DNA of 51,691 nucleotides, filler included, from Catajapyx aquilonaris (Eukaryota): the NCBI GenBank assembly GCA_000934665.2. It is 2 parts of 2 records of this genome, joined end to end, with 100 filler letters (N's around TTAATTAATTAA, not from the genome) between each part and the next. Parts side by side here need not be neighbours in the genome. Positions count along the whole stretch, not along the records: positions 1 to 25,796 come from JYFJ02005300.1; 1 more part is not named here. One strand, given 5' to 3'. The notes under the pieces are model-generated. The model was given only the letters and a program-made list of their open reading frames with translations, was not told the origin of the DNA and made no database searches. Position numbers and translations under genes: made by a program. Positions 10,701 to 23,846 of the stretch are shown here, piece by piece. Numbering within the stretch: the stretch's first letter is position 1; each line of letters begins with the position of its first letter.

Positions 10701-13700
10701 AACGGCTGGAGGAATCGGCCAGTGTCAATAGTGATCCAAAAAAAAATTCTTGTATAGCTGGTATAGGACAGAAATCACGTTAACATGAAGATATGGCACT
10801 GGCAAGATTGCGTAATACACAAAAGGTTTCCGATAACTTCGCCGATATTGCTGTGGACACAGCTGACTTGCAGTTCTGAAAGTGCTTTTGCCAATAGTTT
10901 CTCTCTCCATTGGTGCTGATGACTGCGATGTACGCCTGGGCTGGAGTTATTATTTCGATTTTCCCACACTCGCCAGTGCCACTCAGGTTGCCCTTTGTAC
11001 TTGGCATGACGTTTGAGTTTGACGTGAAATCATTCGCACGTATTTCGCCAAAAGTTGGCTTGAAATCACACATCGATCCAACATGTTTAAGCAAGATATT
11101 TCACTCCGGAGCATACAACAATTACCAGGCTTAAAATTTAAAAATGTGCACTTTGTTGGGCAAGAACAAGAAAGAACTCTCTAGAAAAATTCCCTAGAGT
11201 TGGTATAACTCTCTTTAACGGGTCCTGATCCGGATCATCCATTTCCGGGCCAGTAAGGCAGCAATTCTCCATCGGAGCTGGTGAACCCCAGCCGTCTGTG
11301 TTGCCCCAGGAAACTAACGAAGCTGAGACCAAAACTTTGCCAGGTTTGCAGAGAAACACTCTCCCTTTGAAGTGTATTCCGTGATAGGGAACCGAGAGAG
11401 AAAAATCGCGGAAGATTTTTCTTCCCACGCCCGCATTAATCACCGGATAACTTTTTTTCCTCCCCGTTCACTCTTCTTACCCTTTTCGCGATCTTATTCA
11501 CAGTTTCGGTCATTGCTCGAGATGCAATCAATCTATGTCAGTCGCTTGCAAGACCCGGGCTGAAAAAGGAGAGAAAGAATATTTGACAGGTCTTATTGAT
11601 ACTCGAGTCAGGTCCAATGCATTTTTATAAGAGGAGTTTGCCCTAGCCTATATTCATGAAGCATCCCCGCAGCATTGGAGCTCCACTCTGTTTATGGCGC
11701 TCCTGGGAATTTTTTATACCGGGCCTTTAACACCTCGTTTATCGGCCGTTGGTCAAAGGACGTGTCCTTGTATTTAGAAAGGGGGTTTCTGAACTGAAGG
11801 AGGTGGATAATTTTATTATGGATCACGCAGTACTATTTTTTTGATCACCCAACATGTCGACAACAATTAACCCACATTATTTTGATTATAGCCTCATATG
11901 TACAGTTAGATTTTTAGTCACATTCTTCATTTGCTAATAAAAACATTTATAGATTTTTTTTAAAAATAATTTGGGCATATCTGGATTAAGTCAAAATTGG
12001 CAGTACAACCTCTCGACAAATATTTCAAATATTATAATAACATATGCACATTTGTTTTTGAGCCACAGTGTCCGGTTAAGTTGAAAATCCAGATATACGA
12101 CTGTATGAGCAGGTGGCACAAAAAGGTGATAAAAAGGTGTCTTCCCAAAGAGTGGAAAAGGAACTGCTCGTAAAGCTTGTAAATCCTCTTAGAATGGTTG
12201 GTTCCAGAGCTGGGAAACTTCCTGGTACCGAGTCTATTGAATGGAAACGTGCGATAAGGAAGATCGACCTTTGTTGAATGGACACGGAGCTTTTTTTTAA
12301 ATGCTAGGAATGTTGATGCCAAGTTAGTACAGGGCGGAAATTAAGTGGAAATGAGTGTTCGTAATGAGACCAGTTGATCAGTAACATTATGACTTTGAGT
12401 TTGAAAATTATCTGACCTATTGATGAACCCCTTAAACTTATATAAGTGCCTCAAGCAAGAAAATCAAATAAAAAAAACTTTGCCCAAAGTTAATATCGAA
12501 TGCCGCATTTTTTGGCAGTAATTACGTCGGTAATTGATGAATGGAGGCTCCAGCCAAGGGCAAAGAACGAGTACGAAAAACAAGTGAGACTGGATAACGA
12601 ACCTCCTTTGAAGTTAGGACAATGCCGACAGAAAATTCGCCGTCTTGGAAGCGGTGCTTTAGGAAGTTCTAACTGACTGAAGAGGGCATGCTTGAGCGAG
12701 CAATTAAACGTGTTCAGTAGTGTTATTACGCATGCTTGTTAAGATCATGTAATTATTAAACAGACTAAGCATATATAGGCCCAAAATGTCAGGCATTGTG
12801 AAATATGTCACACTCGAGTCTTGGAATAATCAGCGCTGTTAATATTCCGCCACGTTTTGTCACCTGGAAAGACAAATTCATTGGGGAAATTTGACAACGA
12901 AAATTATTAGCTTTTATGGAATTTAAACTCATGCTGATTTTGTCTTCGTTTCTAAAGAGGAATTGCAAATTAGTCCATTGAAAGGGCTGGAAAGCTAATT
13001 TAATTCCAATAACAATATACCCTAATTTGCAATGTGTACCAAGCTCAAACGAAAACAAAGCCATTCCGCACGTTTTAATGAGACGGTAATGATGGCAGTG
13101 GTGCCGCTGCAGCATCTAAAATTAAACAAATCCCAAGGTTTCAGCTCTTGCCATTTGCCTCATACCACACTCTAAAAACACACACAGGTAACCCAAAACT
13201 GTAGTTTACAAACACTGTACATTTCACGTGAAACTCTATTCAACAGTAAAACACAAGGATTTACTTTTTCTCATTTGCCTCGCTCCAGCATCTAATATTA
13301 GGAGCCTCCAAGACTAGCGGAGAAATTTCCTCGGCACATTTAGAAGGATTATTGCGGATTTTCCACATCCTCGTGAATTGCTAAACCCGCGCAAATGTGG
13401 GGCTTAACTTGGCTAAATCACTGTCAGGTTGCTCTGGAGAAAATAATATTGCCTTCATTTCGCGAAAACCATATTTTGTGCTCACAGGTTCAATATTTTC
13501 CACTGCTTTTTATTTGAAAAACAACTGACCTGATTTTATTCGTATTTATGTACACAATTAAGCTATGCATGCGGCCCTCGTTATAACCATGTAATTGTCC
13601 CTTTGATGTCCCCTCTTCATTCGGGGCTTTGACCTGTACCGAGGCGTTCAGATGTAAAACCGTGTTTTTCTATTGGAAACCAATTTACTAGGAGAAACTT

Positions 13701-14634
13701 GGCCGGGAGCCGACCATTTTGAGGGGGTAATACTGGAAGCCCATGACATCTTCCCATGGGTCACATTTGGGAGGCAACATAAGGGTTCAATTCCTGGGGA
13801 TCTTTCCATTTTCATTCCACCTTGATAGCCATTCAGGGACACGATATTAGCAGAGGCGGTTTTCTTACGTCGCCATCCCTTGGGACACCGATGTTGACAC
13901 AATTTAGCCGCAAAGAAAGGCGACCTTTTAGGAGAATAGAGTAGGGGACAGCACGACAGCCATCGAGACCTCAAGAGATCTCGGAGCAATTTCGCCAGAA
14001 CGAGTTCTTTCCCAAGGTGCGGACATTTTCCCCTGTCACTCGGTTCGTTCTAGATTTATTTTCTGACCAGGTGAGATGGCCAGGACTTTAAAGCTCTCTT
14101 ACAAAAAAAAGTCATTTTTTATAAGTTTATGAGTTTAGAAGAACAAAAAAAAGTTTTAGAAGTTAATGATGCATCGTTTGTTATTTCCACAACTGATTAC
14201 CTGCGCAGTGTCTCGTTATTGCTAACATGTTTTCTTCCCTTTTATTGGACCGTTTTTAAAAAAAATCATCTAAAAATGGTTTAACTGGCCGTTTCTTTTG
14301 ATCGAATTAGAGCTAACGACTCGTCCTTTTCATGTGAACATGCTGCATCATTACGCAGGGAAGTCAGTGCACTAGTGCAATGACTGCTGTATTGCAGGAC
14401 CAATTAAATATTTAAAATTCGGTTTGAAAGGAGCGGGCGCCATAATATCGAACGCCCTTGGAGTCTGAAGGTTTGAGTTCCATGCAAAAATAATTCGGAT
14501 CGGGACTTTGAATGGCCTGGGTACTCACCTGGGAGATGTGGCTGGTGCTGGTGTGCCTGAACGCACAGGCTGTACGCCTCCAGCATTAGAGGAACCATCC
14601 GGTCCTGTTCTGTCAACCAACCAGATGTGGCCAT
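1162..14634 (-). CDS. Class B1 GPCR, calcitonin/DH31-receptor-like, 5' part (7 coding exons, two hormone-binding domains plus TM1); continues beyond the left edge
   Basis: Manually spliced: MATSGWLTEQDRMVPLMLEAYSLCVQAHQHQPHLP/GKVHCPGKFDGIGCWPPTAAGETPSASCPAYSRNSRGK/AMRSCDVNGEWDGRGANYSGCGLQNSEVE/LNPALHSARMSNETT...[124 protein letters not shown]. All junction phases are compatible. [28 protein letters not shown] and GYSISL..IFFYFK are typical of protostome calcitonin/DH31 receptors. The C-to-D junction is the least certain. Confidence 0.9.
1429..1535 (-). CDS. GPCR exon F: HBD2 Cys5-Cys6 ([36 protein letters not shown])
   Basis: 107 nt. Acceptor attacag|GA, donor CTCAAG|gtgacc; phase 1 to 0. 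Carries the CxxNGxW and WSNYTTC motifs. Confidence 0.95.
2340..2450 (-). CDS. GPCR exon E: HBD2 Cys2-Cys4 ([37 protein letters not shown])
   Basis: 111 nt. Acceptor ccaacag|GT, donor TCCA|gtaagt; phase 1 to 1. Hormone-receptor domain signature CxxxxDGxxCW-x12-CP; lies inside ORF 2089..2493. Confidence 0.96.
4730..4806. repeat. (TAA)n microsatellite ending in (AAC)n
   Basis: Directly visible. Confidence 0.97.
6768..6975 (-). CDS. GPCR exon D: linker or alternative N-terminus plus HBD2 helix with Cys1 (...[23 protein letters not shown])
   Basis: Donor GAAG|gtagca is phase 1 and joins exon E to give [18 protein letters not shown], the expected Cys1-Cys2 spacing. The 5' end is uncertain: either a phase-0 acceptor tcctttgaag|CTA at 6975 or an independent ATG at 6948, with an in-frame TAA upstream at 7032-7030. 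Confidence 0.85.
7081..7166 (-). CDS. GPCR exon C: HBD1 Cys5-Cys6 (AMRSCDVNGEWDGRGANYSGCGLQNSEVE)
   Basis: 86 nt. Acceptor ccccttttaaag|CA with a TTAAC branch-like motif upstream; donor GAG|gtacgt; phase 1 to 0, the same as exon F. Contains RxCxxNGxW and NYSxC. Confidence 0.85.
9171..9284 (-). CDS. GPCR exon B: HBD1 Cys2-Cys4 (GKVHCPGKFDGIGCWPPTAAGETPSASCPAYSRNSRGK)
   Basis: 114 nt. Acceptor gtcctcag|GT, non-canonical donor AAG|gcaagt; phase 1 to 1, the same as exon E. CxxxFDGxxCW-x12-CP spacing is identical to exon E. Confidence 0.9.
14529..14634 (-). CDS. GPCR exon A: first coding exon, HBD1 helix with Cys1 (MATSGWLTEQDRMVPLMLEAYSLCVQAHQHQPHLP); exon starts at 14657
   Basis: Strong acceptor ttgtttccttcag| at 14657. 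In-frame TGA two codons before an ATG in AAAATGG context. Consensus donor CAG|gtgagt in phase 1, compatible with exon B. Confidence 0.85.
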
Positions 14635-17600
14635 TTTTCATCCACTCTCTCTGGGGACTGAAGGAAACAAATTGAAACATCATTCGTTTCAAGTACAGCC
14701 TGTTCTATAGGCTACACACTCAAGTGTCACACACACATGGTGTTGCTTTAACTTGTGTAAGAGCAACAACTAGAGGATTAGTAAGATGAAAAATTCACAT
14801 TGAATTTTTCCCGGTTTTTTAGCAAGGTTGATATGAATGATTCAGTGAGGGGAAGGAAAAGATGACGTAAATTCTGAAGCTGCGGTAGTGTAGCTATACC
14901 GCAGCCGGCTGTGCGGTAAGGCGCCGGAAATTCTGTACTGATTTATATATTGCCTGGGTGTTCCGGTGGACAATATTTCACCTGGATCTAGAAGCATAAA
15001 TTTACTGGGCTCGTCGCCGTGAATTAGCCATTTCGCTCGGGCAGGAAATTACCGGCACTGACAGAGACAGAAAAAAATGTTCCCCTGTGACTCCCTGGTC
15101 ATAACGTATGAAATTGAAGAGGATGAAGACACTTGACAGGAAATTAAGCTTCACACACTATATTGACTGAATCTACATGATGGATTAAATTCGGGTTGGG
15201 CAACTGAGCCCATTTCATTGCGAAAATGTTACCCAGCAATATATGCTAAAAATGGCCCGAGTAAAACAATCCGGAGAAGAAAATGAAACCGTTACCTCAC
15301 CACCAGACATGTATGTGTTGCGTTAAGTGAAACTTCAGGCGCAATATTAGATCTCTCAGGCAACGGAAAAGAAAATATATATTTTCCCCCCCTGAAAGCT
15401 GCACCTGACGCCATAACTCTGTTGGCAGCACCAGAAGGCGCCTGCAAATCGACCTTGCAGGCGACCCCAACAATACACCGCCCCATAAAAGAACGCCTTT
15501 TTTTCTTTCTCAAATATCCCACCCCCTCCATCCTCTGAAATTGTTTACCACCACCCTCCAGACCAACACCATCTTTCTTCATTACCCGCAAGTGTCAGCT
15601 GCAATATCCCTTCGGCACCAAACATTCAACACCCCACTTTGCAGGGGAGACTAATTGGATTAAAAAAAGACAAGGTGATAATCTGCAGGAAGGCTTCGGA
15701 TAGTAAATCCAATAGCAACAGGTACGTGGTTATTAGGAAGCCCTGTTCATGCCAATCCTTGCACAGTTAAGCTTCACACAGAAGAGGAAAAGTGTCCCTG
15801 TTTTACCTCATCCTATAGAGAAGATAAATGGCTCGTCAGGTTTGATATTTTCCCGCATGCTAATGTAATACTGTGCAGAATGAAGTTAATTAAGACAAGA
15901 AATGAAAGACTGAACAAGTCGAAAACATGCTAAAAATTAATGTCGGTTTCTGATTAATTTCAGAGTTTCCTATTATACATGAATAGCCTGAAGTCCTGAG
16001 AATCAACAATTCGTAACTTCTGAACTGGTGCCCTATGGACATTAATTAGGAGACATCGTGAAAGCTTGTGAGTCTCCAAATGCAATTGGGACAAATATGA
16101 TTGCGAAAAAAAACCCGGTGGACGAAGTAGAGGGGGCTCATGGATCCGCAGTAATTGTGTTTCCATCCTGCCACGGTTGTTTGGAATAAGAAGCGAGGGT
16201 TATTCCTGCGTGGAAGCACATAAAAGAGTGGGGTTGGAGGTCTCACAAATCACTTTTCTGGAGCCCTCCATAACCTTCGCCGCGAGGCAATTCCAGACCC
16301 AGGATTGGATCCATGCGGAAGGGACAAAGTGCTCGCAAATGCAAGGTAAATGGGCCAATATCTCTTCCAGACCAAGAGAAAAAAAAATATATAGAGAGAG
16401 AGCCAAGCGATTATTCCGTACTGTATTCCGCGAAGAGTTTCAAGGTATAGCTGTGCAGGAATATTTTTGTCTCGCTAGTTACGTGCAATGAACCATTTCC
16501 TGAACATGAGGGAAAAAATAGCTGACTAGAAGATGAGGTTTTATTGGGTGCCCCAATCAAATTTGAGAAGGAGCTGTCATGGCAACCTAATTGGCGAATT
16601 CGTGCTACGCAATAGCGACTTTATTTTTAGCGAGTAGGGTTTTGGCAGTATCGCTTTCTATCCAGGTAATTAAGCTGCTGGCTGGTTAACCTTTGATGTT
16701 GCATAAGAAAAGTTTGTTTTCGAGGCAAAATCTGAGGCTTCAATTTAGCTGAAGATGCGCATCGTTATTACAAGAATTTGATATTGTACGTTAATTATAT
16801 GAACAGAATTCCATCGTTTGCGTTCCCAGATATTGAGATGCACATTGCAGCAATTTTTCGCAATAATTAATTATTTTATATATAGGATTTTTTTTGTAGT
16901 AATTGTTGGACTCTCCACTTCGGCAATGCGCCACCCTGTATGATGTCGAGGATTCTCCTGAGGGATTTATGGAATTTGGAATCGCCAGTTGTATTCCCAA
17001 TCTGGAAACCAATCACTGCGGGTGTTTACTAAAACTTGGTCGGAACCGAAACTGGATCAGTCCTCTTTATACCCAGAAGGGAAATGACCCGCAGCGATTA
17101 ATATCGATCGGTGCCGAGAGCACGTATCCACAAAATTTATTGTTTAGTCCCTCTCCAATAACCCACGAATTTTTGTTTGTTTGTCGACATGTCCATACAC
17201 CTCAAAATCAACTTTGGTTCCCATTGAAATTAGTGGTCTAATCTGATTCGCATCTGGAAACGTTCCAGATGCCTTTTCTTCTCATCAGTGTAGTGTGGGC
17301 TGTAGCAATTTGGAAACTGGCTTTTGGGAGGGGTAATAAATGGGGGCATTTCCATCTGAGGCTTTACGAGGCGAAGGTAATTCGAATGAGATTCCTGTAT
17401 CCGGGGCGACGATTTGGTGCTAGGGTTTTGCAAAGACCGGACTTTGCGGCCAAGGAAGTCGGCCCCAAATATAGCCCAGGCCCGTCAGAGACCAGAAAGC
17501 AATCATCCTCTAGCCGGATTTCGGCTCTTTTCAGACCTATTCCGGACCCATTTGACCTCTCACTCGAGGTTGGAATGTCCTGAGACCTTTGAGGCACGAT

Positions 17601-20600
17601 CTCGACTATTTTGGCAATGGTGGTGATATTGTGCGACATAAGATATCAAATAGTTTTTTTTGCAGGCTTCACCTTTTTTTTCTTTGAATTTTCTAATGTT
17701 AGTTTGAATCTAGGATACATGTAGGGTGAATATTTTTTCTCCATCGCGATTCTGGTCCTGGATCGCTGAAGCAACTTGATGAATAATTTTAAAACGTGTC
17801 TGTTTCCCTGTCAGCAAGACGCAGTCGGAAATAAGAGACCTTCACAAGTCCGCACTCAGTCTCTTAGAAGGAAATGACACGGAAACACACTTTGCGACGT
17901 TACGTTCTCTCTCGATGGAACATCTTGCACACACACACAAAAAAAGTTCTTTCCCTGACAGACTTCTGTACTATAGGAACTAGTCCACAAACTCTCACCT
18001 AACTTTATACCTTCAGATATTACGATAGGTTTGCGACAAAGTAACCTGTAGGGAAATGTGAGGCAGGTAATTTGTTTTGCTCCATCGACAGGTGTTGGAA
18101 ATTCAAATGTCAAAAGATCGTATTTTCTATACATCATTAAGGTTGGATTCAAATAAAACTAGGTGGCGTTAATTAGAATAGACTGTAGTTTCCATGCTTC
18201 CACTAGCAAATTAGGTGTCTTATAAAACTGTTGTGGTCCTTAGTCCAAAAACTAGTCCTTTTAATGGCTCATTAGAACGTGTCAAAATCAGGGGTAACTT
18301 GTGGCTTAATTTCTGTCGACCGAAAATATTTATACGAGCAGCAAGGGCATGGCAATAGGCTCCCTGTTTGAGATTCATAAAATATTTTGGGGTGGTTAAA
18401 ACCCTCTCGGTACTTTATTCCCCTCTACCTAATTATGCAAATGAGCAGCCAAAAATGCGGTCGATGCATTCAATCAATGTAATCACCCTTTAGCCGATTA
18501 AAAAGTAATCCATATTATATCGTATTTGTCGCAGGGTGATTAGAGTGATTACACGCAGCTCAGTGAGCAATGACCAAATCTTGGACGTTTTACACACTTG
18601 TGCTGAAGTCAATGGCAGACTATAAAACTGTAAAAAAAGCATTGTGTCCTATAAATTTTATAGCGCTTTTCGCTACATGTTGGGATGATTTTTTTTGTGA
18701 ATGACAGAAATATGGGGCTGTAAGTTAGAAAATGCCAGGCCAAGCAGTAGAGCAGAGTGTCGGGACTACATTTTCTGTTATCTGATAATTTATTGACCAG
18801 TGATATAAACTACAAAAATATGGGAGTCGTAGTTTATGTAGAATTTACAGGCTACATTGCATTTCTGGTAGCGTCCATTAATTTCGGTTAGTCCTTTTTT
18901 GCATCTTCAGCTAATTTATTTGTAGCACTGTCATCGTTTATAAAGTTATTCCTAAAACCAAGAATAATGGGAAGGAATTATTACTTGTGAGGATATTGCG
19001 GTTGTTTTTTAAAAGTAAGCTCCCCCCGATGATTGTAAGAAAAATTCATAGTTTAATTGATGATTGCAAACCTTCCAATGACTTCAGAAAGAATAATGAT
19101 CTTCGTTGCAGATTTTTTTGGAAAACTGATCAGGCACTGGAGCCACCTGCTTCTCTCCGCATCTCCCTTTTGCGTCAATCACGTCGGACTTTTTAAACTC
19201 TTCTAAACCGGACAGTTCTTTACAAGCCCTCAGATCATGTCAGGGAAAATAACTATCGGAATAGAAAAAAATGAATAATTTGTCACTACATAAAATGCAT
19301 GTTTTTTTGCAGGTTTTGATGGTTGTGAATTTCCTAGCATGTTTTTCCAATTGACTCTTAATATGGTTTGGGACTATGTGGTTCATTTTGCAGTAGCTCA
19401 TCAAAATAATGCATGCTGATTACTAAGCCATCTTTATTTCCATATTAAACAACTTCAGGTGCTGTTTCAAATTATGAGTTTTTAGTTGACAAAACAGGAA
19501 TATATTGTAAAGTTATATAAAAAGTGCGTGAGAATTAATTTTTTTTCTCTTTATGAAAAATCAAAGGAACCAAATGGCAAACACTGCACTGTTGACAACG
19601 GGAATTGTAACTATCATTAGTTTAATAATTATTTCAGGCTAGCTAGACTTTGATAATTATACGGTAGCTTGTACAATGCAACTCTAGCAGAACAAAGCTC
19701 AATGCACGGTAATTGCTTTTGGTACATTTATCATACATTCCAGATTTGTAATGCCCATTATCCAACCAGACCACCATCATTGAATGGCAAAATTTCTCGG
19801 GGAATCATTACAACCACCAGAGAAAATTTAATTAATGTACCTAAATACGTGTATTAAATTAAGCTGGCTTACATTACAATACCAATATTCACAAAAAAGT
19901 ATTATTTCGTAACCTACTAACTAATAGTGTGGTATGAATGTAATGCAATTTAATGACAAATATTTAGACTATTCTTGAATTAAAAAATTTGACCATGACC
20001 GATATGTATCGGTAATACTGTACTTACGTACAGAATATAAATATGTAACATGCATGCGCAACAGCAGTTTTTTTTATTTACAACCCTTCCAATCATCATA
20101 TAGTTATCTCTTTTGGCGACTGATTTGATTGCTTTAATACAATATTAACAAAACACACACGAGCACACGGTATTTCATGCTGTCAGGTCCCCGAAATGGA
20201 AACATATGCTTAAACATGTGCTACGAGCGTGTTATGTAAATTCACGAAATGTTTAATGACCAGTTTAATGAATAAATAGTTTGTTTTGAAAGGTTCGAAC
20301 GTTATCGTGCATAATTATCATCAGCAGGACATGAAAATATTATGACAGTGCCGCAAGTGTAATTAAGCCCTGATGTCTACACGTCCACCGAAATTAATTC
20401 ATACACGAGTAAAATGTCCACGAAAAGGAAGACAGTTTCCGTGCCCAAATACGACGAAATGAAATTTATTCCCAGCGCAACAGATGGAAAAGCCAGAATT
20501 TGTATTTCTCTTTGATGCTTCAAAGTAGTTGACATTCGCATCCGGCTTGTGCATTTTCTACGCGCCTGTTGCTGCAAGTAGAGTATGTAAAGAAATCGCA

Positions 20601-23600
20601 CGCTCTGATTGGATCTGCAAACTTGTCTTTTGTGCCCAGAAAAAAAGCAATATTTTATAGCAATGCCACATATTGTGCACAATGTTTCAAGACTTGTTAA
20701 TCTTGGGGATTTGCACTTACCTTTTTCCGAGTATGATGTAGTCAGTATGTATAGGAGTACACGAATCCAGCTGCCAGATGGGGTCAGAGCGGTCTTTGCT
20801 TTGAAGAGGCCACTCCAAAAAGCCCATCTTTCGGCTCCCCTGAAACCGAGTCTGCGTCGGGGATCCCAGCACTCGGCCACGCCTCGAAACTTGCCCCCCC
20901 ATCCCTTTTCACATATTTCGATATTTCATTAAATTTGCTGATCAATATCATGCCTCACAATTTCTATCAGTTTTTATAATATTATTTATGAATCAGTTAA
21001 TGCGGAATTCATAATCAGAATGTTGCACGTGCCGCCTGAAGGTCATTATCATTTTGGGAACATTAATTCAACTAATGGTCAGTTCATGCCCGTATGAAAT
21101 GGCCGCTTAATTTAACCAACATTTGACAAGATCAAAGCATTCAAATATTTTACTTATTCAAACATGCTGGCTGAAAGATCCAAAAGGTCGACCTTTTCAG
21201 AGCAGATTATGACTTGCAGTGACAGTTGAAATTGTTCATTACCAAGTATAAAAGCGCAACTACATCACTTAATGGCTGTAAGCTGCTATTACAGTACACT
21301 CTATATAATCTTGTTGGCATGGATAACTGATGTAAATGTTTCCACACATTTCCAGATTCCAAAGCAACCAACGTTGCAACATGAGCCAAGTAAATTCTGA
21401 CGATATACACGCTCGCCCGGAGAACAAAAAATGCTTGAAACCCTCTTTTTCTCCTCTAATGAACCAGTCATTCCATCCCCTTGTGACTGTGACCCTTAAG
21501 CCTTCAATTTCCTATGCCCCCTCCATAATCCTCAGCTCGACTCCTCTGTCAGCTCTCTCACTAGACTAGAGACTCTAGCTATCCTGGCTTGCTCTCAGTC
21601 ACACTCTATCTTTCCCTCCTATCTCCAGCAGCATCCCTGGAGTGGAATCTCACTTGCATTGTTTTCCAGACCATTACTTCAATTTTCCCGACGACTTCCC
21701 CTTTGTGATGATGCTTGCTCCGGGCTTACTTTGATATATATTTTTTGTGCCCTCCAACAATTCCTGGCTGACGTCTGGAGCATGCTACAGGTAATTTAGC
21801 TTGCATAGATCGTAGACATGCACTGCCGGATAATAATTAGTAAGTGTGTTTGCTCAGTTTGCCAGTAAATAATCAAGTTGCAACGGAAATTGCATTGGGT
21901 AATCAAGTTGTTGCATAATTGAAGTTATTTAATTGACCTTATTTTAGATCGAGGCGATTGAAAAGATATCGCGGAAAATAACAGCCAGATATTACATACA
22001 AGGCGACTTTTATTGGACTTTTTCCGAGAGAAAAAGAGACTGTCAAGCTACAGTCTTAAATCAAACTGTGGACTACACGTAAAGGGGCCCGTTTATCATG
22101 AGAGATGATGGATGATATTGCTGTGACATCGCACACTGCTCTTTGAAATATTTATTAACAAAATTACAGCTTCAAAAGTGCCTGTCGTCTGGACATGTTC
22201 ATTCACAGCCGTTCAAACACGCAACAAAGGGTATGCGAGAATATATATATATATATATTTTTGCACAAAAGAAGGGGAAACGCCTGGAGGTATTTTTCAA
22301 TGCATTTTGCTTCGAGATTCAGTCAGTGTGCGAAGTTATGTGGGGTTGTCCACACGGCTGGCTCTAGATGGCTGTGTAATCCGGCGTGAAGCATTTCCAA
22401 TGCAGATTGGAACTACAAAGGGTAAAAATGTAATCGTGAAGCTTTGGAAATCCATTTTCCTGGAAGCAACGTTTCACATCAAGGCGCCTGGTGTAATATA
22501 TTACGGCGAGACGAGAAGATTGGTTTGTTTACATTCTAACCAGGCTTAATTTTGAAGCCTGGAGTTTCTTATACAGTTGCTCTTTCACAGGTGCACGGTG
22601 TAGCCTTGTGAAGTTTGTCGCACAATATCATGGTCTGCATCTGAAAATTGTGTATTTGTTAGCGTTTGGTAGATGATAAAAAAGGGCAATAAAAACGATA
22701 ATTCATTACATATCGTTTATTAACACAAAGCAATATTGTCAAATAATTGTAATTAATACCATAAAACATATACCTGCCGACTATAAAAATTTAAGATACA
22801 TTAACATACTCTTGAATCAGTACGCTTTTCTAATTCTGCAATTTTGGGTCCTGACAGTAAAATGTTTCACCTCATCACTCACGCGAATTTTTTTCGCTGC
22901 GCTCTCGGTTCGACGAATTTGTAAAAAGGCTGTAATACAGAATATTAGTACGCTTTACAAAGGGCTTTCCTTACTTGGGGACCTGAAAAAGCTGTCCGAT
23001 TCCGCGTCAGACAAATTCCGATACATGTCTCCGACAAAAATCCGATCCAGACCGGCAAAATATTTCCTGGACAGACTTTCCCATATATGCTGGTCAGATT
23101 TCTCTATACTGTAGGACTTGTTATATTATATTATTTTAATTGCTACAATATTGAAATCAATCTGGATTAGATCAAAGAGGTGCATGTCAAAACAGTGTAG
23201 CTTTCTCCCATGTTGCTTATCAAAGTAAACCACTTTCATTCTATCTAATAAGCACTTATGCCATGCTTTCATAATGGAGAGCTTCACTTGCAGCATCTAA
23301 AAATAGTAACTTAACTAAATATTGAACCTTTTTTTGACATCAATATGTATGCGCTTATCAGACATCCAATTTCACCCTGAAAATGCCAAACTATCGGTTT
23401 TTAATGTATCCTCTATAGCAAGAAATATCGTACAAAGAGAGCTGTAATAGCTCCCTGATTGAATGGCTGCATGCTCTTTTACTTGCAGTTTTTTCAATAA
23501 CTGATATAACAAAAGCCTCGGACTATGTTCACAAAGTTGGCCGTTTATCAAACAGCCCGCGACTAAAGCCGAATAAAAATGGGGGACCGAAATGGCCACG

Positions 23601-23811
23601 AGCGTGGCCACGAGCCACTTCATTGGCAAATAGGACCCGGATAGACGTACGTACGTAACATCTACAGTATTATCAGTGCACTTGTGTTGCCGGAAGGCAA
23701 AATTCGGCGCGGTTGCCTCCGTGGATCTAGTCTATATGTACCCTGAGAGCACTTTGTCCGGAGTTGATGGAGACAAACTTACCTTGAAATCCGGTGGCAA
23801 CTATCGAAATA

Positions 23812-23815
<4 letters not shown>

Positions 23816-23845
<30 letters not shown>
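23816..23845. repeat. (CT/GA)n microsatellite
   Basis: About 15 dinucleotide units, directly visible. Confidence 0.95.
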
Positions 23846-23846
<1 letters not shown>

